Assembly: GCA_965213685.1 (NCBI GenBank)
Contig: CBDBZY010000018.1
Location: 749,004 to 813,003, forward strand
DNA length: 64,000 nucleotides
Source of the DNA: a bacterium
Lineage (GTDB): Bacteria > UBA8248
Direction: 5' to 3'
The notes beneath the pieces were generated by a model. That model was not told where the DNA came from. It worked only from the letters and a program-made list of their open reading frames with translations, and ran no database searches. Position 1 is the first letter of the stretch. Each line of letters begins with the position of its first letter. The position numbers and the translations under genes are program-made. This document shows positions 47,017-61,388 of this stretch, one piece after another.

Positions 47017-47832
47017 TAAGGTATAGGAGGGAGATATATACCCCGTAGGTTTTATTGCTTTATTATGGCTCACATTTTTCTGGGTTATCCTAGCCAGTTG
47101 GATGCTCTGGTTGTTCTCCCTTGTTCACTCTGATCTCCCCCACACTTTGTTCAATAATTTTCTGCAAGTATACGGATATGGACAACATTTAGCAAAACCG
47201 GAAGTTCCGTGGGAAATCTAAGTACTACAGTAGGAAGTCACTTTTCCAAACTCCAACACTCCAGAAAGCCTCGCCCACCATTGCGATCGCTGCATGGTTT
47301 TCGCACTAAAGCATGAAAGTATGGGTAGCAATATCTATGATGAAAAAGCAAATGTACGCCGTCAGTTCAACGGCTAGTGCTGGAACTTAGTGCATGCACA
47401 GGCTGTGAATATCAGTAATAACTAATCAGCTGCTCAAAATACAGGCACCGAACAAACATCAGTTGGAACATAATAATTGCTATACCTATAAAGTAACAAT
47501 TTCCTTGTGACTTCAGCTACCCGAACATTTCATTTACCCTCCGGTTCCATGTGTTGGAATAAGTGACTATATTTACCTTTTCACGTGTGAGGCGCGCGAT
47601 CGACAAACAAGAGGCCAAGCTGTGACTTATAATTGATATCGGATTAAGAAACATAAAGTCATTGAATGGCCGGTAATGGCGGACCTAAGTTCTTGGGATG
47701 GGATGACAGCCCACCCTTCAAACCATCATAACAGTCTCTTGATGCTAAGGCACGCATGCATATGTACATGAGTAAATCGAGAACCACAACTCCCTAGGCC
47801 ACGAACGGCCCTTAGGCCTAAATGTTAAACAG

Positions 47833-47872
47833 TCACAGGACGCGTTTTGGCCAATACCAGGCCTCATCAGCT
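47833..47872 (-). ncRNA. Degenerate minimal hammerhead ribozyme (Penelope/retrozyme type)
   Basis: The minus strand reads CTGATGA-GGCC-tggtatt-GGCC-aAAACGCGTC: core CUGAUGA, stem II GGCC/GGCC, palindromic stem III ACGCGT and a GUC site. The conserved GAAA is mutated to AAAA. Confidence 0.6.
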
Positions 47873-47929
47873 ACATGTACGTCATCAGATTATAGTCAGC
47901 ACTATATATGGACTGGACTGGACGAGATC

Positions 47930-50900
47930 TAGGTACACGCTCGGCTCGGTATAGTCTCTACCCTGCTCGATATAGTCTCACCCAGATCTCTTACTGTTGT
48001 ATGTCATCTCTCCTTATGGCTATAATTACTAGTATGCATTGATTTGTATACAGTCATGTATACCTATGGACTTTTTTTTTCTATACAAGTGAGATAAGAA
48101 GTACAGTACAAAGATATGGGAGGCAACATGTAAATAGCTGTAAGCTAATACAAGACATGAGCCCAGTGCAGTAAGTTATGCTTAAAAACAGAAACAGATG
48201 ATGATGATCTTATGTCTACTGGTAGAGTATTCCAAACAGTAATAACGCTAGGTACATATGAAAAATAGAAGTAGTTGGTGCAAGAATGGAGTCTGTGAAA
48301 TACAGATGTATTGTTTCTCTGTGACAAGTGCTGGTGTAGATTGAAGATACCTGCTGGAAAAACTATGTTTCCATTAATAATGTTGAACATAGTGATGAGC
48401 TTAAGATGTTGGCGCCTGACACGAAGAAGAGGTAAATCAAGACAGTGCAGCATGTTATCATAGTCCATGTCCCAGCATTTCAAGCACACTTTACATGCAA
48501 ACCTTTGCACTGACTCTAACATTTGAATGTCTCTCTTGACATGCGGGTCCCACAGCTGAGCAGCATACTCCAAGTGAGGGCGAATACATGTTATGTATAT
48601 GGATTGAAGAACAGATGTGTTTGTCCAGAAGTAGAATTGCCTGTACATCATTCCAATTAGCTTTCTTGCCTTTGAGCACACTTGCTGTATGTGCTCAGAC
48701 CAAGTAAGAGTTTCAGTGACAAGTATGCCCAGGTACCAATAACTCCTAACATGTTCCAGAGCTTCACCATTCAGATGTAGCCCTGAAGATGGTAGTGTAG
48801 GCTGTCTCTTTCGTGATGCAATGATGTACTTACATTTAGAAGAGTTCAGTGACATATATAAGCTTTTAATACAGTTGGAAATGTTATTAATATCTGTCTG
48901 TAGGTAGACATAATCATTGGAGCACTTGATGGGCTTCCACAAAAGTATGTCATCAGCATACATCGAGATGAATGTTCCATCAGAGAAGCCAATATCAGCT
49001 ACACAATTTATGTATGTCAGAAAGAGCAAGGGGCCAGGACAGATCCCTGTGGGACCCAAGATGGAACAGAAGTAGTGCTGGATGATGCTCCCTCAACAAC
49101 AACATACTGTTTTCTACAACACAGATATGAGGAGATCCATTGGAGGATGTGTGAGTTAAGCCCAATATCCTTTAGATGCTGAAGTAGAGGAGCATGTGGC
49201 ACACTGTCAAATGCTTTACCCAAGTCAAAGAATATTAGACAGACGTCTGATCCCTTTTCCAACAATTGAAATATTGCATGAAAGGTGGACAGTAAGGCTG
49301 TAACTGTTGATCTACTTGGGCAGAATCCCCATTGAGAATCAGGTACAAGTCCATTTGCATTAAGATGTTGCCACAGCAGCTTATAAACATGCTTTTCTAG
49401 AAGCTTGCTCACTGTAGACAGTAAAGAAGTTGGTCTGTAGTCGATAGGATTATCAGATGGTCTGTGAGTCTTAGGTATTGGAACCACAGATGATGTTTTC
49501 TATGCCTCAGGTACCTTACCAGATTTTAATGACAGGTTAAACAGATGCGTTACTGTTGGTGTGGTAGCTTCCGCTGTACCCCTAAGCATCTATCCAGATA
49601 TTCCAACAGGTCCAGAAGCTTTTGTGACATCAATAGTGTTTAATAAACAAGAAATGTCATCCTCTACACAAAGGACTTCATCGGATATTGGTGATGAAGG
49701 ATTTGCCTGGAAAATGTGGATATTAGAAGGAGATAATGGATAAACACTATGATTGAAGTTAGTTGCAAGTGTTAGATTCAATAGAGTAGCTTTCTCAACA
49801 TTAGATGATGCAACAGTAGATTTCACTCTTAAAGCTGGAATAGCATGGTTGGATGAATTCTTGATACGCTTTACAGCTTTCCAAAACTTTTTACTTCCTC
49901 CCAAACATGACTTCCTCCAATAGTCTCTCTTTGAAATGCGCAACAGATTCACTACCTCATTCCTAAGTTTCTTGTAACCATCAAAGACTCTAGTTTGTTT
50001 TGCCCTTTTGTATGCTGAGTTTCTCTTTTTAATTTTAGTCTGAATGAACTTGTTCATCCATGGAAGGGTGCACTTCTGGGTGATAGTTTTCTTTGGAATG
50101 CATTCATTCATTATGGACAAGAATGTTCTCAACCACAACTCCCAGGCCTTGTCAATGTCAGCCTCAGTGTAAAAGAGTGACCAATCAACAGTGTTTATCA
50201 GCACATTGGCCCTCTCAAAATCCGCATACTCATATCTCCATATTGTTCTTGTCTTAATGCTTGGGGATGCTATGTTATTCCATAAGAGATAAATGCTTAT
50301 TCCATCATGGTCCGAGTTGCTAAGAGGCGCTGTAATGGAACACGATACCAGCAGAGCTGGATTTGAAAGTAGGGCTAGGTCTATAAGTGTTTGATTTCCA
50401 GAGGAACTGGTGTGTGTTGGACCAGGTACCACCTGCGCCAGTAGAAAACTATCCAATATAGTGAGGAGCTTATAAAAGAGAGGATGCTGCTTGTTTGAAA
50501 AATCAACATTGAAGTCCCCAACCAACAAAAATCTTGAAAAAATAGAAATGTCAAGGGTCTCCAGAACAGAATATAAAGAATCTAAAGCATCCGAGTTGTC
50601 TGGTGGCCTATACCACACACCAATGTATAACTTGTGGTTGGGATGGTGTGTATTGTGAACTGAGACAAGTAGCAGCTCTAGCTTGTTAGGACCACACAGA
50701 ATTACATGAGACTCTAACAGATCAGATATGAACAATGCTACACCACCTCCATGTCTGTGCCTATCACATCTTACACAATGGTATCCATGTATGGAGCATT
50801 CCGATGGACCAATGTCTTCACATAGCCAACTTTCAGTAATGCACACAATGTCTGGTTTTCTTAAGTCACAGAGAACACGCAATTCATCCAAGTTTGGGGT

Positions 50901-51000
50901 TAAACTTCTTGCATTAAAGTACAATACTTGTAGTTGCTTTTCATTACTGAAATGAGAGTGTACACCCTCCACGGCATGCCTTGGACAATTTAGCACTGAG
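47930..51000 (-). mobile_element. LINE (CR1/L2-like) ORF2: AP endonuclease plus reverse transcriptase, frameshifted
   Basis: APE motifs YFNARSL, ITESWL, GGGVA, YRPP, GDFN, IDL, SDH (49590-50996). RT motifs VPIPK..DYRPTSLLSTVSKLLE, QWGF, FFDLGKAFDSVPH, VPQGSVL, YADD, IRPHLEYAAQLWDP (48145-49487). Confidence 0.96.
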
Positions 51001-53680
51001 GGGATTTCATCTCCAGTAGAGGAGACTCTGGATGGGACTCTAAAAAAGAACTGGTTGGGCTAGAAGTGTCAGTGACAACGACGGTTGCATCACCACTGCC
51101 TTTATCATTGGCTGACAATGACTATACAGGCTCAAATACATCACCATTGTGAGAGCTAATGTGTTGAACAGCAGGCTGCGTATCTGATACCTGTTTATCA
51201 GAAGTGGGTGTAGCAGGAACATCAGAGGAGAGGGGAGTAGATGGGTCACAACCATCGAAATGAAATACTGCCTGCAGTTTCCATCCAGTGTGTATAGCAA
51301 TGGCTTCCCTGACTTTTTGCTTTAAATTAATTAGGTCGGATTGTTGTTGCTTTCATGTGTACATTTTTCACCTCAAATAGTGTATATACATGTATTTCTC
51401 TTTGTTGTCTAGATGAAACATGTGGGGAGGAGTGTCTGTTCTGTGAGGGGTGGTATATGTGTTGTATCAGGGACTTGGAGTGCATGTTCTATCTGTAAGA
51501 GTGGGTATTATCTCTGGGAGTGAAAATTCACTGCTGCTGATGCAGGTCCTTTGAATACAATTCAGTATAGTAAGACTTAAAGTTAACCCCTAGTCAGTAG
51601 GTCATACACGTATGTGCTTCAGATCCACACACATGCACGTACTCGCACACACACAATTGCCTCTATGGAAAACTTGTCTGGTAACTGCTTTGCATACAAG
51701 CACACGTGAAATCATTGACAACCACCATCATAGTACATTTTACACGTCACCTTTTACCTTTTCACCACTGTCGGTTGTATTTTGCATATGCATTTAATGT
51801 ACGCCTATATGATTTTTCAGATATTTATCTGGGGTTATGGCTGGGCTGGAGAATGTTAGCTAGGGAAGGGAGAGTGGATAATAACTGTCCCCTTCCCCTT
51901 CCCCCATCTCTGCTTGAAACCCTGGAAGAGGTCATGTGCATTGGGCAATCAGAATATAGCCACAACCCGTCATGTGATGGCCAACTGCAGGTTGTCTGCA
52001 TGAGTATGACGTGCTTGCAGCTGTAGCAAGATTCGTCCCTTCTATACTAGCCAGGCTAGTGTACATCTCATGCTAGAGTAGCTGGTGTATTCCAATGCAA
52101 AGGTACTGAGTATACTTCATCTCACAGAACATAATGTGGAGGCTTGATTAAAGTTAAGTGCACATAAGTACGCAATTCCCTTCTCACAGAACACATATAC
52201 CATATCTCTCGAAGACCACATCCTCTAAACTGCGATATTTATGTGCACTAAGACAAAACACTCAATTTTGACAGTAATCATCAGTAACTATAACTATATA
52301 GACATGGAATACGTTGGTTATGTACGGTGTCTTTCCAGGCACATTTTGAATTTCCTCTCACCCGGAAGCAAATACTATAATCACAAGCTGTGCAGTATAG
52401 TGCATAGCGCACGCTGACGCAGCGCGCCGCCCCGGCCCCGACCTCATTAAGTAGATGTACGTACGCATACGGCTGGGCCCGAGCTCGTGATCATCTAGGG
52501 AAGCAGAAGAGTGAAGGATCACAGCTGAATGCGTAAACGTTGCAAGATTGTGGATAGACTAGGTGAGGTTTTCAGTGTTGGAGGGTTACTTTATGTTGCT
52601 ACGTGAAACTGGACCTACCGTGGGATGCGGCGCGGCCTGTTGATGTATAGTCAGGCCGCGTTGTCTGTCAACACGAGCACTAGTAAGGAGCAGGCCTGCT
52701 GAGCTGTGGTTGTGTCAGGTGTATGTAGTTAGGTGCGTTGTGTTGTTGTCGAGCGCCCAATGGCTCTCACAGCCCTTCTGATGTGACACCACATGTACTT
52801 GTAGAGTGCAATGTTCAGACACGTACATGTATACATGTAGATGTGAATTCAATACATGTAGTTCATGTGTAGTACATGTATCAGTGTGCAAGAGTGACCA
52901 AAGCTGAGCTACGTATATGTATGGGAGATCTGTAAACTTCCAACGTTGTAGTTTTCCCTTGGACAAGCCAGGCCTTCAGGGCTGCCTATGTATTCAATAG
53001 CTGTGTACATTTAGATCTATATGTAGATACTACTGATGCAGTGGACACACACCATTTCTGTTTCCTTAGCCTCGCAATGGTAGGTTTTGATGTGGTGTGT
53101 TAGTTGACAGAACTCTGGACATTAGGAGCGTGTGTAGTGGGACAGGTTGAGGAATGGACCCTTTGCAAAATTTTTCATATTCTGAAAAATACGCCATGTA
53201 TGCCCTAGCATAACCACCACATAACTGCCAATTTATATTTGGAATAACTCCACATGGCATTGGTAGCTTTATGTTAAGAGGATGGGGAGGAAAAGTGAGC
53301 AACAGTTCCGTGTGTGTGCACCACCAACTGAGCCACTGAGGCAACTTAGCTGGGTGGGCAGAATCTTAAAGGTTATACAAGGGCAAAGGTGTCTCTCCTG
53401 TTATTCAGGGTAACTCTTAACGAATATGGTGGCATCGACTTACAATGTCAGCAAATCTTGCTGCCCAGCCCAGTGGTGCTAGCAGATCCGGCACAATAGT
53501 CAGTGCACCTGAGAGCAGGTGCAGTGTGCACATGGTGTCTTGTGGGAGGGAGGGAGAGGGGAGGCATTTGCCCCCTCCTGAAATATGTGTGCCCTCCTTG
53601 GATGAACAGGCTGTGCACAGGTTGTTTCCATGCACAATCATCCATTGCTTACTTTCCCTTCAATTCTGTTTAGTTAACTT

Positions 53681-53714
<34 letters not shown>

Positions 53715-54429
53715 ATTTGAGATTCATTTTGATATTAATAATGTGGTTTGGTACATGCTATGTGTTATTCAGGGCCCCAAAGGGGCAGCACAGCACCGGG
53801 CTGGCTACATGACCATATACAGTACATACGCTATGAACATGCACAGCACTAGTACAGTGGCTTACAAAATATGGTTTGATATTTAGTAGAGCCTCAATGG
53901 GTTACAAGAATAGATATCTCCAACAACCTCAGCGGCTCAGAACATTACATCTCTCCCACACCCTCAGCAGCTTAGAAAAATATATTTTAGAACTAACACC
54001 CTCAGCCACTTAGAGAGATATACTGTGTAGCAAACCTGTATGTACACATAGACATGTGCATGTATGTCTCTGCCTTTGGATTAGAGACTGTTGTGAAATT
54101 TCTTTGCTGCTCTCTTTTGTACTGTTACTTGTAGTGCGCTACGCACTTGCTCGTTCATGTACATGTGCTGTATATCCATGTACTCATCTTGTGGTGTATC
54201 CATACCTACAGCACTTCATTCAGAGGGAGAGAGGGAGGGATGGGTATGTATGCATGCATAATACAGGAGCTGTGTGAGGGAGAAGGATATGAGCTCACAC
54301 ATGCATTCAATATAACCACCACAGATGCTCAAAACTTCTACGGCTAAATCACAAAAAAGAAACAAAAAATACATTGCAACTACATGTACATGTACATGTC
54401 ACCCCTGACCGTAGTGCTAACTGAACCAA

Positions 54430-54640
54430 CAGGGGGAGGGAGAGAGGGAGGGAGAGAGGGAGGGAGAGAGGGAGGGAGGGAGGGAGGGAGGGAGGGAGAG
54501 AGGGAGGGAGAGAGGGAGGGAGAGAGGGAGGGAGGGAGGGAGGGAGAGAGGGAGGGAGGGAGGGAGGGAGAGAGGGAGGGAGAGAGGGAGGGAGAGGGAA
54601 GGAGAGAGGGAGGGAGGGAGGGAGGGAGAGAGGGAGGAGA
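54430..54640. repeat. (GGGA)n purine tract
   Basis: Directly visible. Confidence 0.95.
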
Positions 54641-54934
54641 AACCCTTCCAAACCTACATGTGAGATCTGGTGTCTCTATATCCCCTGGACCTGCTATTGT
54701 CTCACCTGCTGACCACTGCCAGGGCTAGAGCACACCATTTGGTCTCTTTCATTAGACCCTTAGCTCAGCATTGCAGCTACTGTACATACATAATTATAAT
54801 TGTGTCTGTACATGGGCATGTACGTGTAGGGGCACATGAGGTGGTTTGAGAATACACATGAGTATCCACATGTACCTAGGGGAGTTACATGTGTTGGCTC
54901 AGTATGTGTAGCACATGTACAGTACATGTACACA

Positions 54935-55150
54935 GTACTGAGATAAGAGTTACCCTGTTTATTAGGGGAGAGATGCCTTTGCCTTTGCATAGCATTTAAA
55001 GATTCGGCCTGCCCAGCTGAGCTGCCTTGGTGGATCGGTTGGTAGAGTGTCTGCCTGGTACGCAGAACGTTGCTGGTTCAAATCCTGCCTGAGAAAAAGG
55101 GAGTTGTCTTCAGGCGCAGTTGCTTTGCATTGCTTGGTCTCAATGACTGA
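54935..55150 (+). mobile_element. tRNA-derived SINE-like element (partial inverted relatives at 30590-30697 and 53321-53420)
   Basis: A-box-like TGGATCGGTTGG and B-box GGTTCAAATCC. The upstream part gagttaccctg...ggagagatgcctttgcc...gcccagctgagctgcc matches the reverse complement of the other two copies. Confidence 0.7.
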
Positions 55151-55748
55151 TTGTTCAGGTACTACACGTATCCTTCCTTCTCTGCCTCCCTTTCCTCCCT
55201 CCCTTCCCTCCCTTTCCTCCCTCCCTTCCCTCCCTTCCCTCCTTCCCTCTGACCCCTCCGTCCCTCCCTCTGATCCCTCTCTCCCTTGGTCCTTCTGTAT
55301 TTGTCTCTGTTCAGTTAGCATCACACATGTGCGTGTGCATGTAGTTGCAATGCTTTGTGTCAAAGAGCTATAGAGGATTTGAGTGTCTGAACCTCACAGT
55401 GCTGTAGGCTGCTGTGGTGCAGCACTGCTTTAATTGCCATACATGAGCCTGAGTGATTGTGGTTTCTGAAACCTTACTCATTATAAAATACATGTATATC
55501 CTAGGGAAACCCCCCATCTCAAAACCTAAAACCTGCAGTCCAGGGGTGAGATAGGGATCAAAGCCACCTCACTGAGCACCAACCAGTTCCAAACAGCTGT
55601 CTGCTGTTTCATTGAGTGTTTGCTGGCTCACCTGATTTCCAGTGGCCTACCACACATAATGTGCATACATGTATTGTCTCTGTATGTACCTATAGCTATT
55701 TACATGATGAAAAGGCTCAGCAATATTTTAGACAACTGTGAAAAACCG

Positions 55749-55820
55749 GCAGCCACCCAGGATTGAACCGGGGGCCTCTGACTTGACCTGTCAGTGCTCT
55801 ACCAGCTGAGCTATGGCCAC
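55749..55820 (-). mobile_element. tRNA-derived SINE head or tRNA pseudogene
   Basis: The minus strand GTGGCCATAGCTCAGCTGGTAGAGCACTGACAGGTCAAGTCAGAGGCCCCCGGTTCAATCCTGGGTGGCTGC folds as a cloverleaf but has a non-canonical anticodon loop (AG-GTC-AA). It is absent from repeat copy A. Confidence 0.7.
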
Positions 55821-57139
55821 CAGGTGACAGCCAGCCTTCACAATTCTCAATATCACTCTGTATGTGCCCTGCTAGGGATCGACCGGTAACTCCTCTCCAT
55901 CAGGGGTGAAGCTGTCTCCATGTACACTGTGCATGTACTTCTGGTAGTTTTGTGTGCACACAAGTATACATGTACACTGTACCTCCCTCTGGTGATCACA
56001 CACATGTACATGCAGGACTCTCTTGTGTTTGGTTACTGAATCAAAAGACTTCCTTGACAACCCAAAATGATTTGGAACTGAACGAAGGTACGTGCCAGCA
56101 CTCCCCCACCCACTCACATGTCCACTCACCCACTCAGTCACCCACTCACTCACTCATCCACTCACTCACTCACTCACTCACTCACTCACCCACTCATCCA
56201 CTCACACACTCACTCACTCACCTACTCACCCACTCACTCACTCACCCACTCACTCATCCACTCACCCACTCACCCGCTCACCTACTCACCCACTCACCCA
56301 CTCACTCACTCACTCATCCACTCACCCACTCACCCACTCACTCACTCACCCACTCACCCACTCACCCACTCACCTACTCACATACACACAGGATAACTAT
56401 ACACACACTCATTTCTGCTGCACACACATTATCCTTTGCATACACATTATCTTCGTACTTTTGTGTATGTTTTGCATGCTAGAGAGTTTAATGTGTCGTG
56501 TACATATTTGTACAGTCATCACACCACCAGTGAACTACACAGCGTGCCATGCAGCAACAGCAACTGCGCTGTCAAACCTTTTCGAAGGCTACTGCATGTT
56601 CATGTGCATCTACACATGTGTGAATGTGCACATGATAAGTACTGCACTCACACTACGTGTGCATGTCTATATCTCTGCAGATGAGTACCTCAGGGAGGGT
56701 GTGTCCTTGTGGTGGCTGCAGGACACAAGGTTCAAGATTCCTCGTGTCAACATGCACTGTTCCATTGAGTCAGTCGGAGCTGAAGCGAGTCCACCGTGGA
56801 TGGGTATGTGTGCATGGTATTAATCTAATATAGAGTCATATATACATGCAGAGTACACACGTACATGATTGCCATACACATTTTGAGATTGTCCCCTCTC
56901 TTATGATCTATCTTTTCCTTCCCCCCCCTCCCTCCTCTCTCTTCTATTCCTCCCTTCCTTTCTTCCTCCTTCTGCTCTCTGCCTATTTCATACACCAGGC
57001 CGGGTGCATACAGCATGTGCAGGGTGCGCTCACACTGTATATGTTTGTCGTCCGTTGCATGGTGTTATGAGGGACGAGGTTGGCCTATTCAACCGCTCCT
57101 CTACCCAATGATACCCCACAAGTAGCTAGAATGCATTCC

Positions 57140-57830
57140 TTGACTTACTGCCAGATAATGGACGAATAGGTGATTTAGTTTTTCCTTCTTATTCTTCTTC
57201 TTCTTCGTCTTACGAGATTTCTTTCAAACGACTTTACTCGAAACTGGCTGTAGTAATCACCATAGTTCTTTCACAGATCCACTGTAATCACTACGAAGTA
57301 TGATCTGTGCTAACAAAATGTTAGTATCTTCTCTACTATGGGCAGAATCTAGAACCCCAGAGAACTTTACCATATTTGGAAGCCATTTTCTAATAATTAT
57401 TGTCACGTGGCGCAAATTGTAAGCACATGAGGGCGGGCCTCGCAAAGCCATGCCTATTAATTTCTTGATGGCAAAGGTTACCCGTCTTTTGTCACTGAAA
57501 AGAGCGCTTTCTTACTTCGCCTTACAATTGTACAACGAATGTTAATGTAACTGGTATGAGTTAGCTAGTCAGATACACCGAGGAAACACTACACAAGCAA
57601 CCCCATCCCAACATCTTTCTTTTTTCTCACCGCATGGCATTGATGTTCCCAGAATTCTCATAGCTAAACTCACAGAACAATTTCAAGTAAAAAGAAAGAT
57701 GTAGGGATGGGGTTGCTTGTGTAGTCTTTTTATAACCTGTCTTGCCTGTACACTGCCATCTCTACACCTAGTTTCTGTGGTTTTTGGCACTGCCATCCCT
57801 ACATCTGTCAACATTTTTAGAAAATGTTTT
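57140..57830. repeat. Inverted copy of the 8490-8945 repeat joined to the right part of the palindromic MITE family
   Basis: Sequence identity to 8490-8945 (reverse complement) and to 8085-8300 (direct). Confidence 0.8.
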
Positions 57831-57909
57831 TCATACTTGTTTTATAATATACCTCCAAGTATGCTCATGAGTATATACAGTGTGTGAGATGTTATGTATC
57901 ACTGCATAG

Positions 57910-60900
57910 GGATGTTCTGTGATTGGTGATGCTCTAAGTGTCCCATCAACTGCTGTGCTATGTGGCTATGTGGCTTACTTGCTCTTGCAAGTTTCATGCT
58001 GGCTCACTCTGATGTTAGCTGCATGGGCTCAATCTGGTCTGAACCAGTATTGGTATGGCTAGCAATCGCAATGCCAACTGGATCTGGGAAATCTTCACTC
58101 TATTCATTCCTTCTGAAGATCATTCAAGATCTGCGATCCAGCTGCAATCGAAAAGAAATACGTGGACACTTGAAGAAGCCAGCTTTGAGAAGATGGGCAT
58201 GATAATGGAAGAAAATAATGGACGGCTTCTTGGGCTCTACGATGAATTGAGTTCATTCCTGACTGGCATCAACCTTTACAATAGCAAAGGCATCAGTGAT
58301 TCACACAATATCTACAAGTTTCTGCAACTGTACAATGGACACCCTAGGATAAGGCGAACAGGTCTGTACGTGTAAACAAATGTATGTATCTCTCTTCTTG
58401 CTTACTGCCCTCTGTGTATGCTACATCACAAATGCATGAGCACAAATGACAGTTAGTGCCAAATAGAAGTACATGTAGATAACTGCCAGGGCTGGTCACC
58501 AAGAAATGGGTGCAGCACTCTGCATGCTAAAAGAATACGACCCTATTGAAAGTACATGGGACTGCCACGTGGCTAACTTCCCATATGTAAAAGCCTATCA
58601 GTGCACTACACTCATTTCTTCAATGCATTGTAGTAGTGGAACAGTCTTTATTGTGTAGCATCTGGGTATACATCAGTGCAGGCATGGTGATGGTGGTTAT
58701 TGTGTTTCTTGTACACATTGTACAAGTATTAGCTGCAGCTGCTGTACTATGGTGAACAGACTTGTACCATAGCTTTTATAGGCTGGCTGGTACTAATGAG
58801 TTTGCACATGTACAGCTGCACATGTACATGGGCAACATACTTCCTGCTACATGTACTTAATCAAAAAAGGTTTCACAGTGCAACAGTTAAATGGCCTCAT
58901 GAGATGAGATTTTGTGATACTTTGGTCCTCCCACCAACCACATACGTATATAGACATGTGTACACGGGTTGAAATCAAAGGAGGTTGGACACAGCCACCT
59001 GACTACGTGTTAATATGGATTAAAATTGCATTCTTGAGCATTTTCTATAACAAAACTCGTTGAAAAACAATTTTAATTCTAATAATTATGCTGTCCCTGA
59101 TACTCCAAAGTATCAGTAGAGGTCCCTTGCCCCAACCGCTTTGCTATCATTTCTTAGCTAAGTTTGCCTTCCTTTGGTTTTCCGGGTGATAAGACTAGAG
59201 AGAAGCTACTGGTGTACAAGCAAGCAGCTAGTGGAAATCTTTGCGGCTCTTGTTGCACTTTATTCTTGTCTTGTATGGCCATGACTCCCCTACATCTTCC
59301 CAAACACTATATAATATATAATGCCCAGGCTTATGACTATGGTGTGCATATTGATGATGTAATTTTAAAAAGGTCACATCCAACCTCCTCTGGGTTGATA
59401 TGCATGGCATTAAGGGAGGAAGTGAGCAAGTAATTGGTCAGTGACTATCCTGATTCATGTGGACTTCTCAGTACCTATAGTCCTCTTTTTCCCTCCTTTC
59501 TTCTTCTCCCTCTCTCCTCCCTCTCTCCTCCCCCTCCCCCACCTTCTTCCCCTTTACCTTTTCCTCTTTCCACTTCCTATTGAACACATTCATGTAGACA
59601 CATTTGTCTGCATAGACCACTGACATCATGCATCAGTGTAGTCATACTCACCACATTTATGGTGTGCATTATTAGAGATGGTTACACCTTATCTTCACCT
59701 ATTCCTTAGTGACTGGACAGGCCAATTTTAATATGGATCACACTTCTCTGACAGTAGGTGGATTCACGCAACCATCTGCTGCTCGACAGCTGATTGAACA
59801 ACAGGGGGGCAGTCAACATGGTGTCTGTCAGCGCTTCATTTGGATCTTTCCAAAGCCACTCTATCGGAAGCTTCACACACTATGTGCTGTAGAGCCTTCG
59901 TATTGTGAATCATGGGGTACGAAATTATCCACATGCATACTCCATCCCTAATGTGTGCTATCAAAGGCTGTTATTACAGCCCAATACTTAGCTCAAGTAA
60001 TGGATAGTTTAATGAATTGTACTGCTAATTCCAAACTACAACTAAATGCTAAAGTTAATATACTTTTGCTGCATTACCATTTTTGTCTATTCCTCCACTC
60101 ACCCTTTGATCTGCATGTAGTCCAAACATTAGTAGGCATGTTCAAGAAACTGTGAGAAGGTGGTGGAGGTGAGAAGGTGGTGGAGGTGATAAGGCTATCA
60201 CGAGGACATGGACACTGCAGCCAAACCTGGCCAATTTTGAAGAAAGATTTGATGAGAAGCAGGAAGAACTTGATAGGATGTGTGGTGGAGATGATCTCAT
60301 AACTGGTAATAATTAGAACTATGCTCACAAGTGAGCATACACATGTACATAGAATTTACATTGGAACCTATACAGATTGATTTCAGCCAGCTGTACTACA
60401 TGTAATTAGAGCCAAGTCAGCTGCACTATACATACATGCATGTACATACGTATATTGACAGCTTGATTCTCCTGCTTTGCAGGGATGATTGCTAAATCCT
60501 AAGGTCAAATAATGAGGGTTGCAGCCGTGTTGCATGCCATTTTCAGCATTGACCCCACCTATGAGCTTACCTCTGAGCTGTCTACTGAATCCGTTGCAGC
60601 AGCAATTAATCTGATTGAGGTGTGCAATGAGCACACCAAGATAATGGCAGGCCACAGTTCCTCATCACCAGGTTTTACATGTATATCATATGAGTGCCCT
60701 AATGTTGTACACCTCTCTTCAATCCCCCGCAAGTACAGATACTTGCTATTTGCAGCTCAAAGCTCTCCACAGTTTCTTCCTGATCCAGTAGCTATTGGTC
60801 GACACTGTCTTCGAATCCCTGGGAAAGTGCTTGATGTCAGTGTCCTACTTGATAAGAAGTAGTTCAGGGCATATCACAACAAGGAAGGAGCATTGGTTGG

Positions 60901-61388
60901 ATTCAAACAGCTAGAGAGAGATGGGTTAAGAAAACTAGAACCAAGACAAGGTGGTGGATGTGTATCAAAGGTTATGTATAATTACCTGGCACTACACTAG
61001 CTACATATCTCTTACCTGTACCTAAAAGTGTGGCTAATAGTCTTCATATACTAGTCTGGCTAATAGTCTTCATATACTTTCATGTAGACCTACCAGTTTC
61101 ACAACAGATCATTGCCAGAGAGTGATGAAGAAGACAGCATGGACCTGACCACAAAACTAGTGAAGTATAACATCTCTCTTCCACAATACACTGAGGCATT
61201 CCTGGAAACTGATGTCCCATGGTGAATTTGTTATGTGTATTTCTAACTACATGTACATAAAATAGGTTGTTATAATATTCAAGCATAAACACACATAATC
61301 CACATATCAAGTGTTTCACATTAATGACAGGGAAGTCAAGGAAGACATTAGAAGTTCACCAAGGAAAAAAGGTGGAACAGCTGAGTAA
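57910..61388 (+). pseudogene. Intron-containing DUF3987 (YfjI-like, primase-associated helicase family) pseudogene
   Basis: Exons ~57910-58361, 59710-59916, 60121-60304, 60483-60670, 60756-60970, 61088-61221 and 61331-61388 with AG/GT boundaries. Motifs WLAIAMPTGSGKS, EASFEKM, LGLYDELSSFL, LQLYNG...RRT, SLTVGGFTQP, GVCQRFIW, GQIMRVAAVLH. Several frameshifts and stops. Confidence 0.8.
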
